From positions 8,395 to 52,366 of the forward strand of contig DEBW01000068.1 of assembly GCA_002348905.1 (NCBI GenBank): 43,972 nucleotides of DNA, in the 5' to 3' direction. A program made the translations under genes and the position numbers. This document shows positions 25,718 to 34,349 of this stretch, piece after piece (position 1 is the stretch's first letter; every line of letters starts with the position of its first letter). Below the pieces are notes generated by a model. The model saw nothing but the letters and a program-made list of their open reading frames with translations, did no database searches and was not told the DNA's origin. Source of the DNA: Ruminococcus flavefaciens. GTDB lineage: Bacteria; Bacillota; Clostridia; Oscillospirales; Ruminococcaceae.

Positions 25718-26661
25718 TTATCACCCGTATGTTTCAGATATCCGTATATAGCCACTCCAGCCGCATTATCGCACGAAAACTCAGGAGCAGCAAAAGAAGC
25801 GCCGCTGTATACCGACACTATCCTGTCACGTATGAGCTTGTCTGACATTACTCCGCCTGCAAAAACAAGAGGAAGTCTGCCGTATTTTTCGATCGCAGAA
25901 GAAGTCATAGCAATGATAGTCTCAGCGATGAAGTCAAGGCAGTAACGTGCGATATTCTCAGGCTTTTCGCCTTTTTTGAGCATATCCTCGCACTTGTTCT
26001 GAACTCCGGAAAGGCAGCAGCTGCCGTCTTTCAGCACAGGCTTCACCTTATAGAGCTTATCTGCATTCACAGCAAGCTTTTCAAGCTCGATACCGCATGG
26101 GAAGCGCAGTCCGAGCATAACGCCTGTCCGGTCAACAGCCTGACCTGCTTTAAGGTCGAGGGAAGTACCTGCTTCGGTGATATTCATTATGTTCTCGCTG
26201 TCAGGTTCGCAGAGAAGGCAGTCAGTCGTACCTCCGCTAACATGGAAAGCGATGAATCTCTCGTTCACGAGGTCAAGTCTTTCCGCAGAATAAAGAGCAG
26301 CAAGGATATGACCTATCTGGTGGGAAGTAGTATACATCCTTACGCCCTGTATCGCTGAATAAGACCTTGCAAGTCCCTCACCGCAGAGAAAACACGGCAT
26401 ATATGAGCCTTCAATATTTCTCGGACGGGAAGAAGCCGTTATCGCTGCCGGACGGGAAATATGATACTCGCTGCAAAGCTGCTCTATCATATCCGGAAGC
26501 TGTTTTGTATGGTGGAACACAGCATCGCTCTGTCTCAGACCAAGCTCTCCTTCTTTTACCGGAAGGAGTTTTTTCCGCTGTACAATACGTTTTTCCTCGC
26601 TTATGTACACCGCAGCAGAGGTGGTATAATTACTGGTATCTATACCTATATAATCAGGCAT
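25714..26661 (-). CDS. TsaD/Kae1-like (peptidase M22 family) paralog
   Basis: IGIDTSNYTTS, SHQIGH, HVSGGTT, AGQAVDR.G..LGL.FPCG, AGGV, DNAAGVA; start at ATG 26661. Confidence 0.85.
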   Translation of the reverse strand: MPDYIGIDTSNYTTSAAVYISEEKRIVQRKKLLPVKEGELGLRQSDAVFHHTKQLPDMIEQLCSEYHISRPAAITASSRPRNIEGSYMPCFLCGEGLARSYSAIQGVRMYTTSHQIGHILAALYSAERLDLVNERFIAFHVSGGTTDCLLCEPDSENIMNITEAGTSLDLKAGQAVDRTGVMLGLRFPCGIELEKLAVNADKLYKVKPVLKDGSCCLSGVQNKCEDMLKKGEKPENIARYCLDFIAETIIAMTSSAIEKYGRLPLVFAGGVMSDKLIRDRIVSVYSGASFAAPEFSCDNAAGVAIYGYLKHTGDK

Positions 26662-27064
26662 CTGCTTTTTCTCCGTGGTCACGGGAGTAAGTGCCGAGTA
26701 TGCCGTTTATGAAAGAAGTATCCTCACGGTATGTATAGTTCATGGCAAGCTTTACAGCCTCGCTTATAGCGACGTTCATCGGTGTCTTATCGTCGTATAT
26801 GCACTCATAGAGAGCTATTCTGAGTATAGCATGATTGAGCTTGGAAATACGTGAAAGCTTTCTTGATTTGCTGTAGCTTTCAATGATAGTATCTATCTCC
26901 TCAGCATGGGCAAGAGTACCGTTGACCATTTCCTTTACCTCGTCATTAACGGTTATCTCGTCTATCTCCTCAGCGATATCGTAAAGCTCCTGAATATCAT
27001 CATCACGCAGAAGCTGCTCAAAAACAAGCTTAAAAGCGCTGTCTCTTACATCTCTTCTTGACAT
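26654..27064 (-). CDS. nusB: Transcription antitermination factor NusB
   Basis: SRRDVR N-terminus, ILRIALYE, VAISEAVKLA, FINGILG. Confidence 0.94.
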   Translation of the reverse strand: MSRRDVRDSAFKLVFEQLLRDDDIQELYDIAEEIDEITVNDEVKEMVNGTLAHAEEIDTIIESYSKSRKLSRISKLNHAILRIALYECIYDDKTPMNVAISEAVKLAMNYTYREDTSFINGILGTYSRDHGEKADA

Positions 27065-27082
27065 TATATCTCTCCTTAACTT

Positions 27083-27418
27083 TTAATCGAACACAACTCC
27101 GCTTACTGTAACATTAACTCTTGCTACAGCAACGCCAGTCATATTCTGAACATTTTCCTTAACGGCTGTCTGAACCTCTTCAGCTACAGCAGTGGCTTTT
27201 ATGCCGCTTTTAACTTTAATCTTTATGTCGAGAGCTGCAACGTCACCGATAACGCTCACAGTAATAGGACCGTTCTTTCTCAGTTTACTCATTGCATTTA
27301 CCTCTCCGGCGAGACCTGCCACACCCTTGACATCAAGTGCAGCAAGTCTTGCAACGGTGATGATAACATCCTCTGATATTTTAAGCTCGCTCGGTGCAGT
27401 GTTTTTCACATCGTCCAT
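27083..27418 (-). CDS. Asp23/Gls24 family protein (YqhY-like)
   Basis: KISEDVI..VA..AALDVKGVAG, VQ..VK..V..MTG..V..VNV; directly upstream of nusB. Confidence 0.9.
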   Translation of the reverse strand: MDDVKNTAPSELKISEDVIITVARLAALDVKGVAGLAGEVNAMSKLRKNGPITVSVIGDVAALDIKIKVKSGIKATAVAEEVQTAVKENVQNMTGVAVARVNVTVSGVVFD

Positions 27419-27491
27419 TTTTATACCTCCGTCTTGCTGAAGATTTGAGTGTATCTTTTAATCAAAAGCACGTATACACTCCTACCTTTAC

Positions 27492-27520
27492 ATTATACCA
27501 AAAAAAATAGAAATATTCAA
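27492..27520 (-). promoter_or_regulatory. SigA-type promoter for the asp23-nusB...recN operon
   Basis: TTGAAT-17 nt-TATAAT with extended -10 TG. Confidence 0.8.
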
Positions 27521-28084
27521 CTACTTTACCTCAAAAATTCTGATATTTTCTGAAGAAACTTCTGTTTCGCCAAGAATTATATCTTTTATAGCCGCTGCCT
27601 GCGCCTTGTCAAGCCCTTCTGTCCTTACTACGACCTTAGCAGATTCGCCGTCAAGATAGGCAACGCAGTCCTCGAAACCCTGTGCTTTTACCAGTGATTC
27701 GATAGTACCTTCTGATTCTATCAGCTTTGAAACTTCGACAGCATCGAGAGCGTTGACTACCATTTCATTTTCGGTAATATCTCCGCCGCCGATCATCGTC
27801 TGTAAAGTCTGAACAGCCTCATCACGGTCGTTCATCTTGTCAAGTCTTGCCTGAGCGAAATAATCAGAGGCGGAAGGTTCGTCCACAGAAGCGCCTGCGT
27901 TCACGAATTCTGTATCGCCGTAGTTCACCTTGTCGCCCATTTCAGCACTTACCGGCATATCTCCGTTATCCTTTACTATCTTCGGTGCAGTTGTATAATT
28001 TATGTATACTGCGATAGCAAGCATAAGTGTAAGGCAGGTCATGATTATCTGTTTTTTACCGATTATGATTGAAGGCTTTTTCAT
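27521..28084 (-). CDS. spoIIIAH: Stage III sporulation protein AH
   Basis: KKQII..L..ML.IAVYIN, DYFAQARL, IESLVKAQGFEDCV; last gene of the 8-gene operon. Confidence 0.88.
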   Translation of the reverse strand: MKKPSIIIGKKQIIMTCLTLMLAIAVYINYTTAPKIVKDNGDMPVSAEMGDKVNYGDTEFVNAGASVDEPSASDYFAQARLDKMNDRDEAVQTLQTMIGGGDITENEMVVNALDAVEVSKLIESEGTIESLVKAQGFEDCVAYLDGESAKVVVRTEGLDKAQAAAIKDIILGETEVSSENIRIFEVK

Positions 28085-28095
28085 AGTTTATCTCC

Positions 28096-28614
28096 TCATT
28101 TCATTTTAGTTACGTAAATTTTGCTTGTTGGTATACCAAGTGCCGCAGAAGCCGCTTTGTATACCCTCTCCTCAACTGCCGGACTTCCGCAGCCTGTACA
28201 TACGATGACTGCGCCTTTTATTTCCGGAGTCTCGACTGTTTCTATCAGCGGAGTGCGCTGACTGCTTCCACCCGTCATAACATATTTTTTCTCCTCCTCC
28301 GTCTTGTTCTCTGAGCTGCTTTTTTTGCCCTCAGCAGCGTAAACGTATCTCTCACCGCTGCCAACAGTGAGGTATACTTCTGCTTCGCCTGCGCCGTCTA
28401 TATTGCGGATAAGCTCCCTGAGCCTTTTTTCGGTAGTCCGGCAGTATTCCTCACTTGCCGACGGCGGTGCAGGTTCGTCAGTTACAGGCTGCTTCTTGTC
28501 CGGCAGAAAAGATGATATCATTATCAGCAGCAGACCTGCCGCTGCGAGAGCTGTGACGGCAGCAGCAGAGCGTCTACCCTTCGGCAGTTTCAGCAAATTC
28601 TTCACCGCTTCCAT
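28096..28614 (-). CDS. spoIIIAG: Stage III sporulation protein AG
   Basis: TM, then L..LI..IDGAGEAEV, PEIKGAVIVC.G, ALGIP..KIYV. Confidence 0.85.
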   Translation of the reverse strand: MEAVKNLLKLPKGRRSAAAVTALAAAGLLLIMISSFLPDKKQPVTDEPAPPSASEEYCRTTEKRLRELIRNIDGAGEAEVYLTVGSGERYVYAAEGKKSSSENKTEEEKKYVMTGGSSQRTPLIETVETPEIKGAVIVCTGCGSPAVEERVYKAASAALGIPTSKIYVTKMK

Positions 28615-29059
28615 TTATGACCTCCGTTTCCCAGCCGATGCTGTTTTTCACAATGACAGATGCAGCTTCAAAATCCTCTGTTGTGACCGTCACCTTAGTA
28701 ATAGATATGCTGCCGTCAGAAGAAATATTAACCTCAGCCGAAATATTTTTAAGTTCTATACCGGCGGCTGATATCTGCTGTGAGAGGATATCCTCCACAT
28801 TTCCGGCAGTCTGCTGAGCAAGAGCCTTGTTGTATATCTCCTGCTGAGTATCAGAATATTCAAATTCGTATGCACTTATTTCCGGCAGTTCAAAGTGAAA
28901 AACTCCGCTTACAAAAGGCGTGATAAGCACGACAGCCAGCAGTATATCCAGCATAGTTTTAAGCTGGTCTTTCATTTTAAGTCCTCCGGCAGTCTGACCT
29001 ATGATGAATTTTACTGCCGAGATGACACATACTGAGAGCACCGCTGCTTTTATCTCCAT
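28574..29059 (-). CDS. spoIIIAF: Stage III sporulation protein AF
   Basis: Two N-terminal TMs ending in LITP; operon position between AE and AG. Confidence 0.7.
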   Translation of the reverse strand: MEIKAAVLSVCVISAVKFIIGQTAGGLKMKDQLKTMLDILLAVVLITPFVSGVFHFELPEISAYEFEYSDTQQEIYNKALAQQTAGNVEDILSQQISAAGIELKNISAEVNISSDGSISITKVTVTTEDFEAASVIVKNSIGWETEVINGSGEEFAETAEG

Positions 29060-29069
29060 AAAGCACCTC

Positions 29070-30164
29070 CTAACCTATGGTCTGAGCGATTATCGCTGAG
29101 GAGATTATGAACATCAGCGAGTAGCTTATGAGTATGCACTGAGCTATAGCAAGTCCGCTGTCAAAGCTTTTCAGCAGTTTTGACACAGCTTTTACCGAAA
29201 AAAGGTCAGCAGCGGCTGCTCCGGCACACATAACTCCACGATAAATGAATATTTCAAGTATTTTCGGCAGAAGAAGTATCACAACGCCGATTATGCCAGC
29301 CACTCCGACAGTTCCGCCTATGACTTCAAAGCTGCCTTTGATAGTTGCATATGCATCAGAAACTGCTCCGCCGACTATCGGCACAGCACTTGATACAAGC
29401 ATTTTTGCAGTTTTGGCAGCAGCTCCGTCAGCTTTTCCGCAAATCGTACACTTCAAACCCACAAAACCGGTAAAAAGTGTCATTGAAGCCGTAACTGCAA
29501 AGGTAACTCCTTTTTTAAGAAATGAAGATATGCTTTCAAGCGATGAATCCGGAAAAACGCTTCCGGCGGCTGCAAGAGCCGCTGTTGTACCGAGTACAGG
29601 CAGAAGCCAGTTATCAGAAAGTTCGACAAAAAGTTCAGACGCTCCGAGCATGAGCATATGATAAGCTCCGGCAGTTGTGAAGCCTCCAGACAGCAGAGCC
29701 GCCGCTGAAAATACCGGCACAAACACAAGTATAAAGCTTCCGCAAAGTTCTATATCCGTCAGAGTATCGCTGTAGACCTCCATAAGCTGCGGAGCTGTCA
29801 CGGTTACGGCACTTATAACGCTTACCATGCTGTAAAGTTCGCCGGACGTTCCGTTCAGGACACCGCCGGCAGTATTTTTTATGACTGCACTCAGCACCAC
29901 CAATAAAAATATCACCGTAAGCATATGCATCGGAGCTGTAAGCCTTGAAGTGAGTTTTCCCACGATAAGTTCGGATATTTCGCTGAAACTCATATCTGTA
30001 ATATCTTCATAGGCTATGCCAAGGTCATAGTCTGCAAGAACACCGTCAATCTCCTGAGTAATCTCGTCACGCACATCAGCTTCATCTGTGGCACAGGCTG
30101 TAAACGGCTGAACTACGCATAAAACAAGTATAAACGCAAGAAAAAATATCATTACCCTGTTCAT
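29070..30164 (-). CDS. spoIIIAE: Stage III sporulation protein AE
   Basis: Signal peptide, multiple TMs, VPIVGGAVSDA motif. Confidence 0.88.
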   Translation of the reverse strand: MNRVMIFFLAFILVLCVVQPFTACATDEADVRDEITQEIDGVLADYDLGIAYEDITDMSFSEISELIVGKLTSRLTAPMHMLTVIFLLVVLSAVIKNTAGGVLNGTSGELYSMVSVISAVTVTAPQLMEVYSDTLTDIELCGSFILVFVPVFSAAALLSGGFTTAGAYHMLMLGASELFVELSDNWLLPVLGTTAALAAAGSVFPDSSLESISSFLKKGVTFAVTASMTLFTGFVGLKCTICGKADGAAAKTAKMLVSSAVPIVGGAVSDAYATIKGSFEVIGGTVGVAGIIGVVILLLPKILEIFIYRGVMCAGAAAADLFSVKAVSKLLKSFDSGLAIAQCILISYSLMFIISSAIIAQTIG

Positions 30165-30165
30165 T

Positions 30166-30564
30166 CTAATTCCTCTGTAATAATTCGCTTATCTGACTTA
30201 TCAGCGCCTTGACAAGCGGCAAACTTATAAATGCTACCGCTCCCCTTCCCCACATCTCCGCCGCCGAAGCTATGGCATTTTCACCGCTGTCCCGGCAAAG
30301 TTCACAGGTGATCTGAGTTATGAAGCATATAGCTGCCGCCTTGAATATCAGCGAAAGATAGCTCTCAGATACTCCGGCTTGTGTGAAAATATCTCGCACA
30401 TCGCTAAGAACCGGTGAAAGAAGCGAGAAAGTCCCTCCGGCAACTATGGTACAGGCGGCTATCGAAAGCAAAAGTGACTGTTCACGGCTGTACTGCCTTA
30501 GAAGTACCGCAAGAATAGCTGCACATACGCAGAATACAGCCGTTGCAAAAGTACGGTCTACCAT
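30166..30564 (-). CDS. spoIIIAD: Stage III sporulation protein AD
   Basis: Y...IFKA..I.FITQ....LCRDSGENAIAS motif. Confidence 0.9.
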   Translation of the reverse strand: MVDRTFATAVFCVCAAILAVLLRQYSREQSLLLSIAACTIVAGGTFSLLSPVLSDVRDIFTQAGVSESYLSLIFKAAAICFITQITCELCRDSGENAIASAAEMWGRGAVAFISLPLVKALISQISELLQRN

Positions 30565-30755
30565 AGTCCGAACACCGTCTTTACAGTCTCGAACAAGCCG
30601 CCGATCTCCTGAACGATTATCACAAGGACTACTATAAGTCCGGCAAGTGTTGTCATCATAGCCTGCTCTTCACGCTCAGCACGTTTCAGCACGAGATTCA
30701 GTACCGCAACTATTATACCAGTTCCGGCAATTTTAAAAATGAGGTCGATATCCAT
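30558..30755 (-). CDS. spoIIIAC: Stage III sporulation protein AC
   Basis: MDIDLIFKIAG.GIIVAVL..VLK...REEQA..TTLAGL. Confidence 0.93.
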   Translation of the reverse strand: MDIDLIFKIAGTGIIVAVLNLVLKRAEREEQAMMTTLAGLIVVLVIIVQEIGGLFETVKTVFGLW

Positions 30756-30770
30756 TATTCACCCTTCCCG

Positions 30771-31274
30771 TCATATCACGATGATACCAGCCATAAGCCC
30801 CATTAACAGTCCGGCACTTCGGTAAAGTCCGGACTTTTTTATGTAGTTTTCCCTGCGAAGCACCGATAAAGCTTCCGCCTCTGTTATAAGCTGGTCTATT
30901 GCTGCCGACTGGCTTTCCCTGTCAGACCTGCCGAGAACAGCTCCGAGCTGTAGAAGAATATCCATCTCCTTTTCGGGTATATTCTCCGAGCGCACTTCAT
31001 TCTCCCATATATTGCGGAAGTCACAGCTATGACCGTAGCTATCAGGAAGTCTGCCAACAAACGAAAACACTTTAAGTTCATCGTCCGCCCTGAGATTTCT
31101 GCACACCTCATAAATGTCGTCACAACGGTAGCAGACAAGAAATTTCACACGCTGTAAAAGGTAAATCAGCACTTCGCAGACTTTCTGCTGACTTCTCAGC
31201 TTGTCCGAAAAAGTCATGCCTGCAAAACATCCGGCAGCCGTAAACATCGCCGCAGCCAAAATTCTAATCAGCAT
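30771..31274 (-). CDS. spoIIIAB: Stage III sporulation protein AB
   Basis: N- and C-terminal TMs, LG..LGRSD.ESQ, LYRS.G.L.G; ATG 31274 with GGAGG RBS. Confidence 0.85.
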   Translation of the reverse strand: MLIRILAAAMFTAAGCFAGMTFSDKLRSQQKVCEVLIYLLQRVKFLVCYRCDDIYEVCRNLRADDELKVFSFVGRLPDSYGHSCDFRNIWENEVRSENIPEKEMDILLQLGAVLGRSDRESQSAAIDQLITEAEALSVLRRENYIKKSGLYRSAGLLMGLMAGIIVI

Positions 31275-32190
31275 TGTCAAGCCTCCTTATCTCAACAATT
31301 TCTCCCGGAGAGAACGAACCTTTCAAGAAAACCCCGTACTTAAAAGCGCCGCTTTTCAACAGTTTCTGAACTATTTCACGCTTTACAAGTTCGGCATATC
31401 CGGAAGCGTGGATAGTCGCACAGAAGCTTACTCCGCAGCCTGCACCTTTTAAAATTGCCTCCACATCAGCATCTCCGGCAATCTCATCGCAGAAAATATA
31501 GTCCGGAGAAAGTGCCCTTATCGCTGAAATTATGCCTTTGCTCCGCTCACATCCTGAGAGTACATTTGTAAGTGCTCCGACATCGTTCGTTATCTTCTTA
31601 CCCGATGTACAGGCAATCTCGTTCCGCTCATCTATGAGAGAAACTTTTTTCCTGTTCCCGACACATCGGCAGGCATCACGCAACAGTGTTGTCTTGCCTG
31701 AGTTGACTCCGCCGCATATCAGCACTCCGGCATTTTCATTAAACAAAGGAAGTATCTCACGGCAGCAGTCTTTCACGCATCTTGATATACGAAAAGAAAT
31801 ACCAGTTACAGCCGTAATGATGCCGTCCTCGTTGTACTGACCTGACAGACCGGCTCTTACACCGTTTTCAAGCATAATATAGCCTTGTTTCAACTCTTTT
31901 TCGTGGCTGTGGAAAGAATAATGTGTTATCTTGTCAAGAATACTGTCTATGTCCTCCGGCATACATATAATACACATAGTATTGCTCCTGCAAGAAGCAA
32001 TACCGTTCCCTGTGAGATACATAATGCAGTCAGGGTATACCAGTGCCGGAGGTCTGCCGGTATATAATCGAAACTCGGTAAGGTCAGATGCTCTCGGCAT
32101 CTTTTCAAGCGCCTGACGATATCCTGCTGTCATATAGTTCATGATGACATCAATGCTTGTACGTTCCAAACCTTTCAACTCTCCTTTCAC
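31264..32190 (-). CDS. spoIIIAA: Stage III sporulation protein AA (ATPase)
   Basis: GGVNSGKTTLLRD, IDERNEIA, IRALSP....DEI, ATIH; exact start uncertain (a downstream TTG is possible). Confidence 0.9.
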   Translation of the reverse strand: MKGELKGLERTSIDVIMNYMTAGYRQALEKMPRASDLTEFRLYTGRPPALVYPDCIMYLTGNGIASCRSNTMCIICMPEDIDSILDKITHYSFHSHEKELKQGYIMLENGVRAGLSGQYNEDGIITAVTGISFRISRCVKDCCREILPLFNENAGVLICGGVNSGKTTLLRDACRCVGNRKKVSLIDERNEIACTSGKKITNDVGALTNVLSGCERSKGIISAIRALSPDYIFCDEIAGDADVEAILKGAGCGVSFCATIHASGYAELVKREIVQKLLKSGAFKYGVFLKGSFSPGEIVEIRRLDNAD

Positions 32191-32193
32191 TTA

Positions 32194-32223
32194 ATAGTAT
32201 GCCTGTCCATCAGGAGATATGAC
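32194..32223 (-). promoter_or_regulatory. Sporulation SigE-type promoter of spoIIIA
   Basis: GTCATATCTCCTGATGGACAGGCATACTAT fits the SigE consensus (ATA-16 nt-CATAcanT); spoIIIA is an established SigE operon. Confidence 0.75.
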
Positions 32224-32280
32224 AAAAAAAGGGACGCACGAAGCGTCCCATAAAAAACAGCGTACCGAAGTACGCTGTTT
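32224..32280 (-). terminator. Tandem intrinsic terminators after the ABC operon
   Basis: AAACAGCGTAC-TTCG-GTACGCTGTTT+T-run, then GGGACGC-TTCGT-GCGTCCC+T7. Confidence 0.9.
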
Positions 32281-32289
32281 GATAAGCAA

Positions 32290-33183
32290 TTATTCCTTTA
32301 CGCCACCGAGAGCAACACCAGCGATGATGAATCTTGAAAGTGCAACGTAAGCAATGATGATAGGTACGATAGACATTGCGATAGCAAGGTAAACAGCACC
32401 GTAGTCGTTAAGTACGTCGGAAGACTGAAGAGCATTGATCATCATAGGTAATGTCTTCTTCTTTGTGTCAACGCTGATAAGGATCATGTTTGGTGTATAG
32501 AAGTTGTTCCAGCTTGCGATGAAAGCAAAGATAGCCTGAACAGCTATAGCTGGCTTCATCATTGGGATAGCGATAGAAACGAAGGTTCTGAACTCTGTAC
32601 AGCCGTCGATTCTTGCAGCCTCAACGATATCAAGCGGGAAGGATGACTTCATGTAAGATCTCATGAAGTATACAACTGCAGGAGCAGCTATTGCAGGAAG
32701 AATGAGCGGCCAGTAAGTATTTGTAAGATGAATCTTAGACATAAAGCTTAAGAAACCGGCAGATGTAACCTGCATAGGAACCATCATTACGAGGAGAATA
32801 GCTGTGTAGGAAATTTCCTTGAGTTTGAAGTCGTAAACGTGGATACCATAAGCTGTGAGTGCTGAGAAGAATACGGTAAGGAAGCAGGATGATACAGTGA
32901 TTATCAAGCTGTTCTTATAACCGAACATAGCACGGTAGTTAAGTCTGAAGTCAGGACCTGATACAGACTTGAAGTTCTCACCGAGATGAGTACTTGGGAT
33001 GAAGCTGATACCATTGGAAATATCAGTAGTTGTACGTGTTGAGTTTACAAGAAGTATGTAAATCGGGAATAAGCATATTAATGTAAGAATAACGAACCAT
33101 ACGAAAAGGATCGCTGATTTTGTTTTCAGCCTTGCAGTATAATTGTCCTTGGCTTTTCCATAAACTGCGTCCATTTTACTCAT
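32290..33183 (-). CDS. Carbohydrate ABC transporter permease (MalG-like)
   Basis: IVEAARIDGC EAA loop, FIASWNNF, 6 TMs. Confidence 0.93.
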   Translation of the reverse strand: MSKMDAVYGKAKDNYTARLKTKSAILFVWFVILTLICLFPIYILLVNSTRTTTDISNGISFIPSTHLGENFKSVSGPDFRLNYRAMFGYKNSLIITVSSCFLTVFFSALTAYGIHVYDFKLKEISYTAILLVMMVPMQVTSAGFLSFMSKIHLTNTYWPLILPAIAAPAVVYFMRSYMKSSFPLDIVEAARIDGCTEFRTFVSIAIPMMKPAIAVQAIFAFIASWNNFYTPNMILISVDTKKKTLPMMINALQSSDVLNDYGAVYLAIAMSIVPIIIAYVALSRFIIAGVALGGVKE

Positions 33184-34247
33184 ATTGAAAAACCTCCAAA
33201 CTGTTTGCTTTCCTGCTTGAGCTGCTTAGCAATCTTCTTTCTCTGCTTCTTCTTAGCGATCTCGTCCTTGTCACGAGTAATGTAGAATGAAAGGAGACCG
33301 AGAGCAAGAGTGATGAAGAAGAGAAGAACTGAAGCAGCACCAGAATAACCGATCTTACTCTTTGAAAGGTCAGATACATGGAAGTATTTGTAAATAAGAG
33401 CAGCTATTGTTTCGAGATGATCCTTAACCGTACCGTCTTTATTGTAGAGGTATGGGATATCGAACATCTGAAGACCACCGATCATAGATGTTACAAGTGT
33501 ATATGCCATAATAGGTGTAAGAAGAGGAAGAGTGATCTTTCTGAATACCTGTCCGGAAGTTGCACCGTCGATGCTTGCAGCCTCGAACAGAGATGGGTTG
33601 ATACCCTGGATACCTGACATGAGCATAATCATAGTGTTGCCGAACCACATCCATGTCTGGATGAACATTACGACACCTCTTGACGGCCAAATGCCGTCGA
33701 TGAACTTGATCGGATCAACCTTACCGCCCTCGATAGTCTTAACGATGCCTATCTTGTTGAGGAGGGAGTTGATTGCGCCTGGGTTTGTTTCTGACTGACC
33801 GCAGAGCTGAACGAAGAGAACAGCAACTGAAGCAGCAGTAAGGATATTAGGAAGATACATAACGATTTTGAAGAATTCTTTTCCCGGGATCTTCAGATTA
33901 GCTTCTGTGAACCATACAGCTAAGGAAAGAGAAAGAACGATCTGGGGAATGAAGTTACCGATCCAAAGGATAACAGTATTGCCGAGACATCTGAAAAAGC
34001 TTTCATGAACTGTCTGAGCAGTGGAGAAAGGCTTGTCAGGATTACCGAAAAGGATATCCTTGTAGTTTGCAAGACCTACAAAGGTATCAATACCAGTATC
34101 CGCATTGCCCTTGAAGCCAACTATGAACGTATTGATAAGCGGCCATAACTGGAAGAATAAGTAAACGATGAAAAACGGAGCTATAAAGATATAGCCGTAT
34201 TTAGCATAGCTGATCGATTTTATACGACTCTGTGCAGCAGATGCCAT
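33180..34247 (-). CDS. Carbohydrate ABC transporter permease (MalF-like)
   Basis: YIFIAPFF, FVGLANY, LFEAASIDGA, LQMFD; ATG 34247 preferred as start. Confidence 0.93.
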   Translation of the reverse strand: MASAAQSRIKSISYAKYGYIFIAPFFIVYLFFQLWPLINTFIVGFKGNADTGIDTFVGLANYKDILFGNPDKPFSTAQTVHESFFRCLGNTVILWIGNFIPQIVLSLSLAVWFTEANLKIPGKEFFKIVMYLPNILTAASVAVLFVQLCGQSETNPGAINSLLNKIGIVKTIEGGKVDPIKFIDGIWPSRGVVMFIQTWMWFGNTMIMLMSGIQGINPSLFEAASIDGATSGQVFRKITLPLLTPIMAYTLVTSMIGGLQMFDIPYLYNKDGTVKDHLETIAALIYKYFHVSDLSKSKIGYSGAASVLLFFITLALGLLSFYITRDKDEIAKKKQRKKIAKQLKQESKQFGGFSI

Positions 34248-34288
34248 AACACACACCCTCTCGTGAAATGATTAGAAACAAATATACA

Positions 34289-34316
34289 CCTACGGAATAC
34301 ATAAGTATTCCGTAGG
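34289..34316 (-). promoter_or_regulatory. Intercistronic 12-bp stem-loop (mRNA stabiliser or attenuator)
   Basis: Perfect inverted repeat CCTACGGAATAC-4 nt-GTATTCCGTAGG with no strong U-tail. Confidence 0.7.
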
Positions 34317-34349
34317 CATAAAAGATATTAATGAATGTTTAACTTGTAA

